A DNA stretch of 64,000 nucleotides, from contig OZ076412.1 of assembly GCA_964187785.1 (NCBI GenBank), positions 72,602,001 through 72,666,000 on the forward strand, given 5' to 3'. Below, piece after piece: positions 46,401 to 61,400 of the stretch. The position numbers were made by a program, and so were the translations under genes. Each line of letters starts with the position of its first letter. Positions within the stretch are counted from its first letter, which is position 1. The notes below the pieces were generated by a model. That model was not told the origin of the DNA and did not search any database. It worked only from the letters and a program-made list of their open reading frames with translations. This stretch comes from Amphiscolops sp. MND2022 (lineage: Eukaryota).

Positions 46401-49400
46401 GTTGAAGACGGCAAGAAAACAGCAGATGGGACACAGCAAAATAAATGATACTGACAGGGCATATTTGAACAACCAAGTTCAAGTTCATTACACTAAAATT
46501 CACAAAGAAAATCCAAAAAACAGGGAAAACTTCAAAGGTTATACACGGATACAAAGAGACTTATACACAAGATATAAAGCTAACTTTGTCCAGGAAAAGC
46601 ATAACATGAATCAGTTTTGAAATAAATATCAAAAAGTGAAACTAAAATTAGTTGAATGGATCATAAATAGCTGAAAATGGCATCAAACAATGGCATGCTA
46701 AACTAGAACCAGTGATGGCAAAGATAACCTGGCCAGGCTACCAACACCGGGTAAGCGATTCGAAACTCGGTCAGTGCATCAAAAATTTACGATTACTAAA
46801 CATTTGAATATCCACAAACACCAATACTAGAGAAACGCATCAAAATTTTTTTAATTAAAAAATTTAAGCACTATTTATCAGACAAAAATATGAGAAGATA
46901 CTTATTCAGCAGCTCATATAATTGTACGCACTCAGGAGCATAAAATATGAACTCTTCTTATTATAATAATTATAATGACAACTTTGACGGTGAACTTAAC
47001 TTGTGTGCACATTCAACATAGCAGCTTTTCATGCATGCACATTGAAGAACTTCAACATAAATTGGCAAAACAGAAAACAGGGACAGAAAAAAGAAGGGAA
47101 GATAGAATAATTGTTTGTTCAGAAAGAACATTGATGCTGCAATTGACCAATGGCAGCGCTACCTCTACGTGAGCAAGAGTTGGGGGGTTGTTGTAGTAGC
47201 TCAGAGGCATTCTTTCGCGTGGCGGAGGCATTCTTAGGAGTACTGTAGGAGCAACCTTGTGTCTGGGAAAAGCCAGTAGTGGCGGGGTGAAGACTCTGGG
47301 TGCGGGCCATCGTCATCTGGACAACGGCCGCAGGGGGTGTGGCTTTAGTGGGCCCTACCGTATTCAGAGCAGGCTTATTTTGCAAGTTTTTATATTGTAT
47401 TGAAAAATTTTCGAAAAATTAATCAAAAAATTCAATTTATTCTGATTAAAACTGCTACACCTTTACACAAAAATTACCATGAAACCAACTTTGTCAAAAT
47501 AAGCAATCACTTATAAATCTCATGGCAAGCTAGCAACACGACAAAAAGCTTTCAGAGATAACCTAAATAACGCAGAGGTTGGTATATACATACCAACGTT
47601 TTGAAATTCCCAGAGTAGTAAACTCTACAATTTAAACTTTTGAAAGCTTTAGTTGAAGTTTCACGCTAGAGTTTCTTTCAATTTCAATAAGTCAATAGAA
47701 TTGTGAATCAAAAATGTCAAACAAAAATGGAAAAATTGAACATTCAAAAGACCCTTTAATAAATAAATGAAACTATAAAGAATGAAACATCAAAGAAATA
47801 AATGAATAATAAAAGAAATCTTTTGTGACATTCCTTCTCAATACTCATATTTCACATCAATGCAATTTGTCATTCGGGCCGAAAATAGCATTTTAACAGA
47901 ACGTACGTTTTAAAGGTTACATGACGTTTGCTGCTAGGACATTTGTTACCAGGACTTTTGTTACTAGGCAATTTGCTACTAGGTAGTTTGTTACTAGTTC
48001 TACTATGGGGCTATTAGCTGTTAACTATGAAACTATTATTCTGCTTTTTTAGTCGGCGCTTTTCTTAAGAAAAGATTCAACTCTAGTCATGGCTTTTCGT
48101 CCGTGTTTTTTTTCGATACACCCGAAGTGACCAAAATAGTTCTACAAAATTTAAAGGAAGGCCCCAAAATGTACCTGTTTGCCCAGGGAACTGAACCAAA
48201 AAGGTTTTTCCTTTTTTCCGCGTAACATACAATACCGAGCGAGAATAAAGGGTCCCCTTTTCAGTTTTTTCGGCATTGTCAGACTTTTTTCAAAAAAATT
48301 CCCCAAAGGGTCCCATTTTTTGGAGTTTCGCGACAGACTGGATGTTGAAAAATCCCAAAGGGTCCCGTCCCCCCTTTCAGTTTTTTCGGCATTGTGACTT
48401 TTCAAAAAAAATTCTCACCAAAGGGTCCTCATTTCATTTTTTTGATGATTTGGAGCAGAATGGATGAAAAATCTCAAAGCGTCCCCCCTGGTGCGCCAAT
48501 TCGGTCAAACTTTTGGGTTTTTCGGGTACTGTAGAAGAGAATATTTTGACACTTTGAAGTCCTTTTGCTATTTTTGAGCCTTAGATATGGCGCCGACTTG
48601 GGCCGATCCCGGCTTGTTAATTTTCAGTGTGAAAGCTCAAATAAATCCACATTTCACGACTCAATTAACAGACAATTTTGACAAATAGTGTGCCAAGTTC
48701 CATCAAACTTGGTTGTTTTCATAATTCGCTGATTAGTCTCATTGCTTATTCCGTCGTAGCACCTAATTGAAGGTGATTGATTAGCTTACTAGCAATTTGC
48801 CTGTAGTAGCATGTGTCCGAACACCGTTTTAAAAACTAGGGGAGTAATGTACGAAGATAGGATACAAGTTGGAAGTATGATGACTTTTTTGGTTCACCTG
48901 ATGATTCATTCGAAAAAGGAGTCTCCAGCAATGAAGGGAAATGATGAGTTCTACAAGTGATGAGCTACGAGCTTTCATTTCAATTTAATCTAACTTCCCC
49001 ACAGTTTGAGAGTGACCACAAACATCAAAATGTGTCCCCCTTGAAATCAAGCATTCAACAGAACAACCAGTAAGGAGGACGCAGTGATGTAATTAACAAA
49101 ACATTTCAAAAAAACTTTTTCACAACAAAAATGCCAATTTGAAAACTAAGACCAAAACTGTCTTCCCTTAAAGTGGAGAAGGCATAGTGATGGAAGCATA
49201 AGGGTAAACAACAGAGAAAACAGAAGAAATCATGAAGCAACTGAGAGGGAAGAAAAGAATACTATGATTCATCACACGATGCACAGAATCATCACCAAAG
49301 CTATTGATATATTGCGTTCAAAGATTACAACAAAAGTATTTGAAATTATAGCGTGAAGTTACACCAAAAAGGAACTTTTTAGAAGGGCTAGCATACAATC

Positions 49401-52400
49401 GCGAGCCTGAATTAGCGTGAGTTTCCGGCGAATCAAGGTGCTCCGTGACATGGCGTGATTTTACAGCGGAACTAGCGATTGGCGGAATATGAGTTTTGAA
49501 GCTATTACAGGTTATGGAATTGAGCCTGTTTTAACGTCACCGGTTATAAAGTCATTTCATTTATAACACAGAGGCGAAGCCGTGCTTCGCAAACACTTCC
49601 GAAGAAAGTTGTGAACTTTTCAAAAGAAAACCAAATAAGCAATATCATACGAACCAAGGGTAAAAGGACAATAATGTTAAAATTTCATCAATTTTACAGC
49701 CTCAAAAAAATACCCGAAGGGATACGCATAAGTATCGAAAACCATTCTTCCCCAACTTGAAACAGCAAAAAATTCATCTTTCTCCACCGGAAACATTTTA
49801 AAAAAACCCAGAAAAATAAGGGAAAAATCAAAATTTTTCGAAAAATTTTTTGAAGGTCTCCGGTAAGTCGCATAGTGCCGAAAACCTTGAGCAGTCCGTT
49901 ATTAGAAAAAGTAGCATTTAGAAAAAAACAGAAAATTGAGGAAAAATTTTTTTCTAAATTTCCCGAAATTTTTTTTGAAGAAGGTTTCCGGTAAGTCGCA
50001 TAGTGCCGAAAACGTTGAGGAGTGCTTTAGGCTCGCAAAACGTTTCGTTTCTTGTAAAAATTGAGGGGGGCTTCGATGAAAACGAATTAAAAATGTCGCA
50101 TTGAAAAAACACCGTTTTTTAAAAAAAATCGGGTATAGCGTGCAGGGCCTGAGAAAACCTTATTTTAAGACAAAGATTATTCCTTTCGAAAAATCTCACA
50201 ATGCCGAAAACTGTGAAAAGGGGGCCCTTTGAGATTTTTTAACAACCATTCTGTTGCAAAATTTCAAAAAAATTGAAGGGGAACCCATTGGAGTCTTTGA
50301 AAAATTTTCGGAAAAAAAACAAAAAATGAGAATTTTTAACTGTATCATAGTGCCGAAAAATCTGAAAGAAGGGACCCTTTGAGATTTTTTAACATCCACT
50401 CTGTTGCAAAAATTCAAACACAGAGGCGAAGCGGTGCTTCGCAACACATGACGAAGACATCGATTATTTTAATATGCGTATATATATTATTTTAATCGCT
50501 AGCATATATATTCAACAGTTCAACTTTCTTCAATAACGTCCCTATGGCACAGTGGTCAACACTTATGCCGTGCAATCGGGAGGCTGCAGGTTCGAATCTC
50601 TCTGGGGTTTTGGCTTTTTTCTAAAAGGCGCTCATTATGAAGTTGACTATAGTGGAAAAAACTTACTTAGCTGGATTGCAATGCACATTGACTTCGTCAT
50701 GTGCAAAAACTGAAGAGACCGTTTGGAGAAAAATTTTCGAAAAAAAACAAAGAGAAAATTTAACAGTCTCATAGTGTCGAAAAATCTGAAAAAGGGCCCC
50801 TTTAGGATTTTCTAGAATTCATTCTGTTGCAAAATATCAAAACAAATTGAAGGGAGTACACTTTGTGGACATGAAAAAATTTTCGAAAAAAGTCTCACAA
50901 AGCCGAGAAAAGGGGGGAGTCTCATAGTGCCGAAAAAGGTGAGAACCTTCTGCTTCGGAATACTTGTAAAAAAATAGCGCATACGCAAGGGTTCGAACAC
51001 GAAACCTCTGGGTTGAAAAGCAAACATCTTACCACTAGACCACGAACGCGTAAACTGTGCGACTTGCCGCGTGTGAAACGAGAGAGTTGTCGCACGAAAA
51101 AAAGCGCCCGCACTTTCCCATAACACTTGCTTATCGCAAGTGTAATCACAGGGCCGTGCTATATCCGGTGCGCATAAAATCCTTCGGATATAATCATTTT
51201 TAAGCCCGTACTAGGCAGAGATTATATTCGGATTGCACAGGGGTTATGGTATGCACACGCAATATTTCAACAGCCACGACAGAACCATTTATCAACATCA
51301 ACAGCATCACATGGGTGGTAGGTTCTATAGCCGAACGGTATTGATGCAGAACAAATCAATAGCAGAACCGAATTGAATTATTCATAGTGATTGGTTGCTC
51401 CAATCGATAGTCAACTTTGAATGATCAAACTATCATGTAACTTTGCAACAGGTCAGAGTAAATGAAAGTCAAGGTGGTAGTTCGCTTTTTCGCCGTCCAA
51501 TCAGATTCGAGATCGGCTTTAGATTCGTTCTTCTTAAAGCTTGTTCGACTATACGAACGGCTACCCAGCACATGTATTCTACATGTATGTATCGACCCGA
51601 CAGCAATTCGCACTACAGTGGGTAGTGGCGACATAGCAGTGAAGGCATTGAATTCAAAGACTAGGAAATGAACAGATAATTGTAGAGGGGGTTGGGGTTT
51701 TCTAGCAGTGCGGGATTTTCTCACCAGACAAACAACAAAACATACTTCTTTGCGAGACTTATCCAACACCAATCAGTTCAGTACAGTGTCAGGCATGTTT
51801 TGTACACTTTCGCATTACGAAAAGAGTTAGGCAAGCGCTTCCAATGATCCAGAACTTACGTTTCTGGTGTATTCAAGTCATTCATCGGTCGATCACCCAA
51901 AAAAACGACTTAAATTCAATTCCACTCGCAAAAAGAACAGTAATAGAGGCTTTTGACAATGACTTTGGCGGTTTTTGACAGAAGAAACGAATCAACTTTC
52001 GCGGAATGGTTTCTGTGAGTTGATGTTTGTCTGGTGAGGGGGTAAGCGCAACAGCCCAGGAGCGCTGCATTGTTCTACTAGAAAGCAGCCGCAACAGCCA
52101 ATAGGAGGCTTACCCTCTTTGGCAGCAGGGGCGGCCCCAACCGAGGAGGACCCCGGCTGAGCAGCCGCTGCTTCTTGTCCTGCAGCGGGCGATGGGTGCT
52201 GCTTGGCAGGCTCTGCAAAAGTAATTGAGAGCTTTTAAAAACGCACAAAAACAACTACAACACATAAACTCAACTGGTACAACATCGCTTTGTATACATA
52301 AGTGTATACACCGGTATTCTAGATAAAATCAGCGTTTCAGACATTCATTCTTCCTGGAAGGGTGCCTTTGAATTTGACGATATCGTTCATTCAGATGTTA

Positions 52401-55400
52401 ATGAGTTGACCCAAAACAAGCAACCCACTATAGGAGCTCATACATTTTGAAACTTACCATTGCTATACTCGTTTGAAATGCTGCGTCTATTCGTGAGCAC
52501 GCACCGTGACCCATATTCTTTTCTCCGAGATTTTTATTCATCAGCTAACATTGGTTTTTATCCTTACAACTGAGAGCAGAGATGGAATTTACTAGCTAAA
52601 AGAAAGGGGGGTTTGGGTTGATTTGTACCTGTTTTTGGTGTCTGTGATGGAGGCGTTGATTGGACGAGAGGAGCGGATGAAGATGGCGCCTGTTTCATGT
52701 CCTCCACGTCTTCCATTCTCCGCCTTTCTGGCTCTTCTTCCCTGAAACGAAGTCAATTATCCCAATACAGTAGAAAATCATCAACAGGGACTCAGAAAAT
52801 TGAGTAAATTGGAGGAAGTTATCGAGAAAAAAGTTGTACTGAAACAATTGAATTTGGAATAATTTTTCAATTGATTTTTTTTCGAAGTCTCATTTCTGAA
52901 GCGACCTCGTTTAATAACAATCACCTGCTTCACAATATTTATCGAGATGTTTTTAACCGAGGTACACAGTACAATTCAATAAATAATGAATGCATCAATT
53001 GCAGAAGTAACATTTCACATCAACAAACAAACTACCTTTTTTAATAAGCAATCAATAACGAAAACTTTTTTGATGTCTTCCGCCAAACTGCCCAAGATTA
53101 CTTGCGATTTTAGGAATTTGGAAATATTTATATCTGAAATGAAAACAATTGAACAAAATGAAGGTTTTTGTCGCGAACCCTGATAGAAAACAATCCGGGA
53201 ACGGCATAAGTCGGCGCAATATCTAAGGCTCGAAAATAACAAAAGGACACGAAAGTGTCAAAAAACTCAAAGTATCAAACTCACAAAAAGAGTATCAAAC
53301 TCACGAAAAACCCAAACGACGGAAATGACGCGCTAAAAGGGGGATCCTTTCGCATTTTTTAACATCCATTGTTGCAAAACATCAAAAAATTGAAGGGGGA
53401 CCCTTTGGGGAAATTTTTTTTTTCGAAAAAAATCTCACAATGCCGAAAACAAAATGAAAGAGTCACCCTTTAGTCTCTCCCGGTATGGTATGTTACGCGG
53501 AAAAAGAGGAAAAACCTTTTTGGTTCAGTTCGCTAGGCCAAATGATGCAATTTGGGACCCTTAAATTTTCGTATAACTCAAAACTTTTTTGGTCAGCTCG
53601 TGTGGATTGAAAAAAAAGTCACTATAATAGTCGCGTTTCACTTCATGAAGCGCCGACTAAAAAGCTTTTCTTTTTTAACACAAACTAACTTCTCTTGCAA
53701 CTGGTGCATAGCAATGTACTCGTCAATGAACTGCTTCCTGTTCTTGCTGATGGGAGTGGGCTCGTCGATGAAATCGGGGTGGTCTTTCATGTACTCCGCT
53801 ATCTTCTGTCTTCTCAGCTCTCGCTGTTCCATCTAAACACGCAAACTTGTTTCCAAACAGGTTTCATCACTTCAATTCAATCAAACAGGTTTCAATCACA
53901 TGTCACTTCAAGTTCTACATGGACCAAAGATGAAAATAAATTAGAAATAAGTCGCATAGAAAAAACGCCGATCTTTTAAAAAAAAAAACAAAATTCGGAT
54001 ATAGCGTGCTGGGCCTGGGAAAACCTTATTTTAACACGAAAAATATCAATTTTGAAAAATCTCACAATGCCGAAAACTGTAAAAGGGTGAACCCTTTGAC
54101 ATTTTTAAACATCCATTCTGTTGCAAAAGATCAAAAAAACTGAAGGGTGACCCTTTGGAGACACCAGAAAATTTCCGAAAAAATTCTCATAAAGCCGACA
54201 ATGGGGGGATGGGAGTCTCATAGTGCCAAAAAAGAGTGGATTTCCAGTGTTTATCCCCATACAAATTTTGCATCTCAATTATAACTGTCACCCGGGAAAT
54301 AATTTCAAAATTGAAGATTTCTGGCTTGTAATCAATTATTTTTGTTTTAATATTTTCATTAATTTTCCAAAAATTTTGGTGGTGGGGGAAAATGAAGAAA
54401 AGGAGCGATCTTTCTTACAGTGGTGACTCTGTCCAGGTCGTGGAACCGGTCAGTCTGGGCAATGAGCGACTTCTCGAACAGCTCGTGTTTCTTCTGCAGC
54501 TTCTCCACGGCCTCGACCGAGTCTCCCAAGTCCTGGCTCTTGAGGTAGCCCTCCTGGCTGTTGAGCCAGGCCTCGGCCGCCTGGGCGTCCTTCACGTACT
54601 GGTACACCTCCAGGATGAGTTGCAGGTACTCCCACCTGTGCTCCCAATCCGCGATCAGATCTGCTCTCTTGTACCCAATCTCCAAAAGCTTCTTCTTAAT
54701 CTAGAGGACAACACACACGCAAAACATCACGCAAAACATCACTATTACTTGCCAGCACAATGGAATGAAAAACACTAAACTTCGAACAAGCACATTCATC
54801 CATAAAACCAGCAGTGTAAAAGTGTAATAAATTGAAAGTAATATTAGGACTAAGAATAATATTATAACTATTTAAAATCATAGACACACATTAAAGATTC
54901 AGTTAAAAACGGTAATTTTTCCAACATTACATTCTATAGTAATGTTGATCGATTTCCCTTTGATTTTCGAGAAGAAATGTTTCAATTTTTTTTATGATCT
55001 TGTAGATTTTGTGAGATTCCGTTTAAATCCACGAACAAAATGGTTGAGGACAGGGAGGCTCTCCCCAAACTAACTGACTTGGACTAGGAACATTTTTGCT
55101 GTTAGTCATGTTTTTACGTCTACGTTTTTTTGACGAGCAGTTTTTTGTGACATGGTGTTTTAATTTATAAATTAGTTTTTCACTTGATGTTTTTGAATGT
55201 ATTTTTGTGGCACCGTTATTGGCACTGCTAGGAGTCTCTACAGCTTGCATCTCACTCACAACCAACTATGCATCCTACAACAGATCCTTTTTCATGAGCA
55301 AAAAAACCTCCACATTTTTTTTCGGATTTGAATACGCGCGGTTCTGTGGTCCTTGATCGTTTGAATTAGACTAGATGACAAAACGAATAAAGAGGACAAT

Positions 55401-58400
55401 CCATTGATACAGTCAACTCCGGTTAATTCGTATCCGGATAATTCGGATCTTCGTCTAATTCGTATGGATTTGAGACGCCCTTTTCGTGATAAGCAAAGTA
55501 ATATCATCCGGTTAATTCGTATTTCTCACTATTCGTACTAATTTATTCGGTCCCTAGTGATACGAATTAGACGGATTCCACTGTAGTACAACATAAACCT
55601 ACTAACTCGTTACAAAGAACTATTTTGTTTTTACGATTTATTCGTCAAATTGATGCCCCGAAATCACAAAATACCACGATGAAAATTATTTCAGTCCGAA
55701 CATTTTGCTTCAAAAATGGCGTTCCAATCGGAATAATTTTGTGATGAGAGCCAGCGTTTCATCAAAATTTAGACATCAAATGACGATGCCCTGGCTTCTT
55801 GACTTTTCAATACTTACTTCTTTTAAGGCGTAGTGTCCTTTAGCAATGAGCTCCTTGCCAAGTGATATACAATCCGCAAAGCTTTCATCCCTTGCGTCGA
55901 TTTCCAGTTTGATAGCTTGGTGTAGATTCATGAGCAACTCCACACCCGAAACGTCTCTGAAATCAAAAACACACATTAGCAACTTCTCGCTGAATTGAAA
56001 CTGTTGACTTTGCAAAATGCAAAACTTTCTCGAAAAGCAGATACTGAAAAAGATTATATTACAAAGGGCAGTCAAATCTATCCGAGTCGTAGTGCAAGGG
56101 ACCGAATAGAGATTGAGCGAATGAAAAAAATCTCGGGGACTCCGCCATTCTATGCATTGGATGGATATCTCAATTTTTTGATACGAATCAATTGTATTGC
56201 CAGTTTCTTTATCAGATTGGAGAACGCATTTGATTGAAATAGCACAAGAGTTTGTGGTAGTAGTGAATAAGTGTGCTGTAATAATGTATTTATTTTGGAA
56301 GGCGGAATTCCAGCTTGAATACGAAGGACGAGGGACGAGTACCGGAGCAGAACCCTTCACTACCGGTTCTGCTACATTGCAGATCTGCACTTAGTTTTTT
56401 TCTTTTTTATATCTTTTTCTTTCAACTTATATTGATAGGGACCGCGCGTATTGAAACCACACGTTTGTTTTTTTTTGTAGCTTGTTTGTGCTCATAGTAC
56501 AAAGGGGGCGTGTCGGTAAAGGTAAATGAAAGAAATAGCAAAGAAAAACAGGTGTCAAAACGCTGCAAGTTCAGATCTGCACTTAGTTGCTTTCTGTTTG
56601 ACAGTCAGTGTTATCTGAATATCTATATGTTGATTTTTTTAGATCCATGTTATGCATGTCTAATCACATGATGATGGATCGTAACTGATGATGATTAACT
56701 TCGAAAAGTTTTTACATTTCTTTCATTCGTTTTCACCTTTTCAAATAATAATATAGGTAATAATAATTCAAGGAGGCTCTGCAACCTGCAGAGAATCGGC
56801 ACTATCTCATCATGCAGTCATAAAATTGCCCCTTTGAGCACTGGGTCATCATTACCGTTGCAGACCAACATAGTTTCGCTTCGCGCGGACCCCATAAGAA
56901 AGTATAAATATGAAAGAAGAAATAATAATGATAGAGGTACTGTACTGACTTGGGTTTCTCTTGATTCTTGATTTGTCGGCTGATGTCGTCCATCCAGTTG
57001 AGGAGGTCTCGCACCATGGTGTAGAATCTGAACAGGTCTCCGGTGTCTGCCAGTTTGATTCTCCTGTCGTCGCACGCCAGCAACAGCTGGTTCCATGCAT
57101 CCACCACCTAATACAAACAACCAACTCCAATACAACATATACCAATGTCCAACATACCACGGACCGGTTCACGTTCTTGAACTCTGGCATCTTTCATGCC
57201 AAGTATCGATACTTTTTCCAAGTACTTAACGATGACTTACAATCTCAATAAAAACTGGCAGCTCTCATTTTTTTTACTTTTGCTTCGTTTGTTACCTTTC
57301 ACTGTTAGTAATAAGGTGTGAGGCAGCAAAAGTGTTAGAGGAAAAACTTGAATTTATATACAAGCACATGAAAGTGCAAACAAAACCGAAGTTAAAAGAA
57401 TGGGAGAATAGAGCTTAAAGAGCATTTTGGAAACTTCGTGTTACAGTTTTAAGGCCTCGTTTAGCGGCTTTCGTACTTTGGTATAAAGACGTCTAAATAG
57501 GTTTTGACACACATTCGAGGGCAATTTTTTGGCACAATTTTTCGGTTTTTTTTCTGGCCATCCTTGTTTTTTTGCGGACCAATCACCTTCGTAAACTTTC
57601 ATCTATTGCCCAAAATTTCTCGATTGACCGTATTTGGGGACAGCTTGGAGAGGAAGTTTTGGGGTTTTTTCTTGTACCTATCAACATTACCCACAGTGTG
57701 AGTGTCATTCGTGTTAGCATTAGTACATGTACCAATTAGTAACTTTTTCACTACTTCCATCACTAGCTCCAATACGGTAGCAACTATTTTGCATCAGCTA
57801 GTGCTAGTTTCAAATTTGTACAGCCTTTATGTTTTAGTGCAAAGAACGCAAGTCCCAATGCTAACTTCTTACAGGTCAAACTATGTAATGAAATATACAG
57901 ATATCCCTAGGCCGTCCAGGCCTGTGCTCTTTTTCATTAAGGATTAAAACGAAATATATTTTCATATACCGCGCAGTTAATTAGGTCGCTTGTTAGCGAG
58001 AACGCAAAAGAAGCGAAAGCTGCGTATTATCGGATCAAGCACTGAGAGCGAAAGCGACGACTGAAATTTGCGCTCATCTGATTGGTCGAAAATTTCAGCT
58101 ATTTTGGTAACAAGGAGTGCCCAACTCTTAGTGGCAAGTTTTTTTGTACCGGGCGTTTCGCCCGACACCTGCACAGTTGAAAAATTTGTCTCTTGTGGTG
58201 GTACTTTGTTGAAAAAATAGGCCCCTGCGCGTTTCTCGGTAAAATCTATGTCACTGATACCGACCCCTAATTTACATGTGAGTAATACGTACCTCTTTCT
58301 CTCTCATCTGGATCTCCCTGGCCTTGTCTCCGGCGTAAGACTGCTGGAACTTGCCAGCCTCCTCCGTGATTCTGTGCACCTGGTCTCTGAGAGACTGCAC

Positions 58401-61400
58401 GTCCAAGATGAATGAGTCATGCTTCCTCTCCAGGTTCTCAACCTGCTTCTTGTCCTTGCCCAGATCGTCAGGCAAGTTGTTGTACTTGTCTCTGATTCGA
58501 GCAAGCGTGTCTTTGCAGTCGCTGTAGAACTTGCGAAGGTCGTAGGAAGCCATGAGAAGCTGACAATGATAAGGCACATGAGGTCAATCATTTCAAATGT
58601 CACTAGCGACAGACCAATCAACACAAATTGTATAATTATGCCTATTTATGAAGAAAATCGAAAAGTTGCGTGAAATTTCTGAAAATTTTTTCTCAAGGCT
58701 GTGGAGAAACTTTGAGTTCGGTGAATTTCATCGGAAATGTCAACAATCTGTGAAAAAATACGCCTCGGAAGACAACACTTGCGCGACTTTGAAAAAATGC
58801 TCTTTTGGACACTATGTAATAGAATTTGAACTCTGTCAATGCATTTGCATGGTCCTCAAGTCTTAAAAATAACCAGAGCCGCATGTGCGGTAAAGGAGTC
58901 GTAAACGGATTAAAATATTGAAAAACGCATTACCTACTTTTTGTCAGTCATTTCGTCATTTATGGATTAATTTTGACTATTTTTCTCAGATCCCAATCCT
59001 ACAATTTCGATGTCATTGCACACGCAGGAGCACCTTTGAGTGCAGAATGACTGCGCTAAATTTTATTAAAATCGTATGGAATTTTTGAGAAACTTCCCTG
59101 AAAGGTCGGGATAATAAAGATACGAAAGCATAAGCAGTCGAAATTTTTTCCGACTCCTAATTATAAACAAGCCGGGAACGGCCCAAGTCGGCGCCATATC
59201 CAAGGCTCAAAAATAGCAAAAGGACTTCAAAATTTCCAAGTATTGGTGAATTGGGACTACTTTTATGAAAAAAAATTTTGGAAAAAAGTCTCACAATGCC
59301 GAAAAAAAACTGAAAGGGAGGACTTTTTGGGATTTTTCAACATCCATTCTGTTGCAAAACTCCAAAAAATTGAAGGGGGGCCTTTTGTGGGGAAAAAAAG
59401 TTTTTTTTTGAAAAAAGTCGCACAGTGCCGAAAAAATGGACCCTTTGGCCTCGTCCGGTATTGTATGTTACGAGGGAAACCTTTTTGGTTCAGTTCCTTG
59501 GGCCAACAGGTACATTTTGGCGTCTTCTGAAAATTTTGTAGAACTTTTGGTAGATCTATTTTGGTCAGTTCAGGTGGTCTTAAAAAAACACTGACGAAAA
59601 GCCATGACTATAGTCGACTCTTTTCTAAAGAAAAGTGCCGACTAAAAATAGGCCCCCGCGGGGCACAGTATTATTTCTGCTTCTAGGCTTTCATGTTTAA
59701 TAATAGAAGCATATCGTATTCATTTAGATAGCGCACAATTAATCACTCTACCAGTATACACCGCCTTTAATTCTTCTCGGACTAAAGAAAATATAACTTC
59801 AGAGCGTAGACGAAGTTTCTCATTCGCATTTGAATGCAGGCGAAGCTCTCGGCGAACGAATAATTAACACTCGTTCGCTTAATCTCTATGACTCGGCGTA
59901 CGAAAGCATCATTACCACTTGTTCGTTCCATCGCACGAGAAACGAATTGTCGGCAGCTTGAGAAATTTAAATCTCCCGCTTATACTCACTGCCAAACAAA
60001 ATATCTGAATTTGTCAGTAGGTACTCGATATCACAAGAATTGTACTGAAAAAAAGTTGAATTCTTGAGATTTCAATAATATTCCAGCTATCACAGAAATA
60101 ATAATGAGAGCTTCTAATTACCTGTGTCCTAGTGTCCATCAACTCAAGCAGGTCGTTCCAGATCTCGTTGAGGTGTTCCTTCCACTCTGCAATGAGCACT
60201 GCGTCCCCGTGGCCCTGGTCTATCATGGCGTCACACGCGTCCGACACTTGGTTCACCCGCTCGTGGCCCACCTCGGTGGTGTCTTTGGTGAACACCTTGA
60301 ACTTGTCCAACAACATCTGCAACAACCACAGCAACAATAATAATAATCGCAAAACCACCTTTTCACAATGAATTATACCTTTGTTATTTAAAACAAATCA
60401 ACTCAGTTTCCAAATAAAGCAGTGTACTACGCTAAATGGTATTCAGATAAGTATTGAAATTCATACGATCCAAAATTTATGAAAAAGCAAGGGTTTAATG
60501 AAATTTTTGTTATATTCGGGTAGGTTTATTTCGTTTTTGAATTTTTCCAAAAAAAACTTTTTCATTTTCGTTTTCATTGTTTGGTATGAATGTTATCCGT
60601 TTTCAAGTTTTTCGGTAGGGTGTGATATATTGGGACCGCTTTGCTGAAAAAGCTATTTTAAACACAGAGGCGAAGCCGTGCTTCGCAAACACTTGCGAAG
60701 TTTTGAAAACCAAATAAGCAATATCATACGTAGAACCAAGGGTAAAAGGAGTATGTTAAAATTTCATCAATTTTACAGCGCCAAAAAATACCCGAAGGGA
60801 TGGGCATGTCTCGAAAACCATTCTTCCCCAACTGAAAACAGCAAAAAACCCATCTTCCTCAACGGAAAACCTTAAAAAAACAGAAAATTGAAGGAAAAAC
60901 TTTTTTTCAAAAATTTTCCGAAATTTTTCCAAAATATTTTCGAAAAATTTTTTTGAAGGACACCGGCAATTTTTTTGAGGTCGCATAGTGCCGAAAACCT
61001 TGACGAGTCCTTTAGAGTCGCAAAACGTTTCATTTTTGGTAAAAATTGAGGGGGGACTTCGATGAAAAAAAAATTGAAAAAGTCGCATATGAAAAACACC
61101 GGTCTTTGAAAAAAAAATCGGATATAGCGTGCTGGGCCTGAGAAAACCTAACTTTAAGACAAAAGTCTAAGACAAAACCTAACTTTAACAGTCTCATAGT
61201 GCCGAAAAATCTGAAAGAAGAGACCCTTTTGAATTTTTTAACGTTCGTTCTGTTGCAAAATATCAAAAAAATGAAGGGAGGACCCTTTGGGGACATTAAA
61301 AAATTCTCGAAAATAAGTCTCAAAAAGCCGAAAAGGGGGGAGGGGGAGTCTCATATTGTCGAAAAAAGTGAGAATCTTCTGCTTCGAAAATTTTGTAAAA

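Larger units (their letters stand above)
49567..51143 (-). mobile_element. HINE-like family B copy containing a nested family A copy
   Basis: Same ACACAGAGGCGAAGC..GCTTCGC hairpin end as family A, but with the subTIR ACACTTGCGA/TCGCAAGTGT. Homologous to 60663-61571. Confidence 0.7.
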
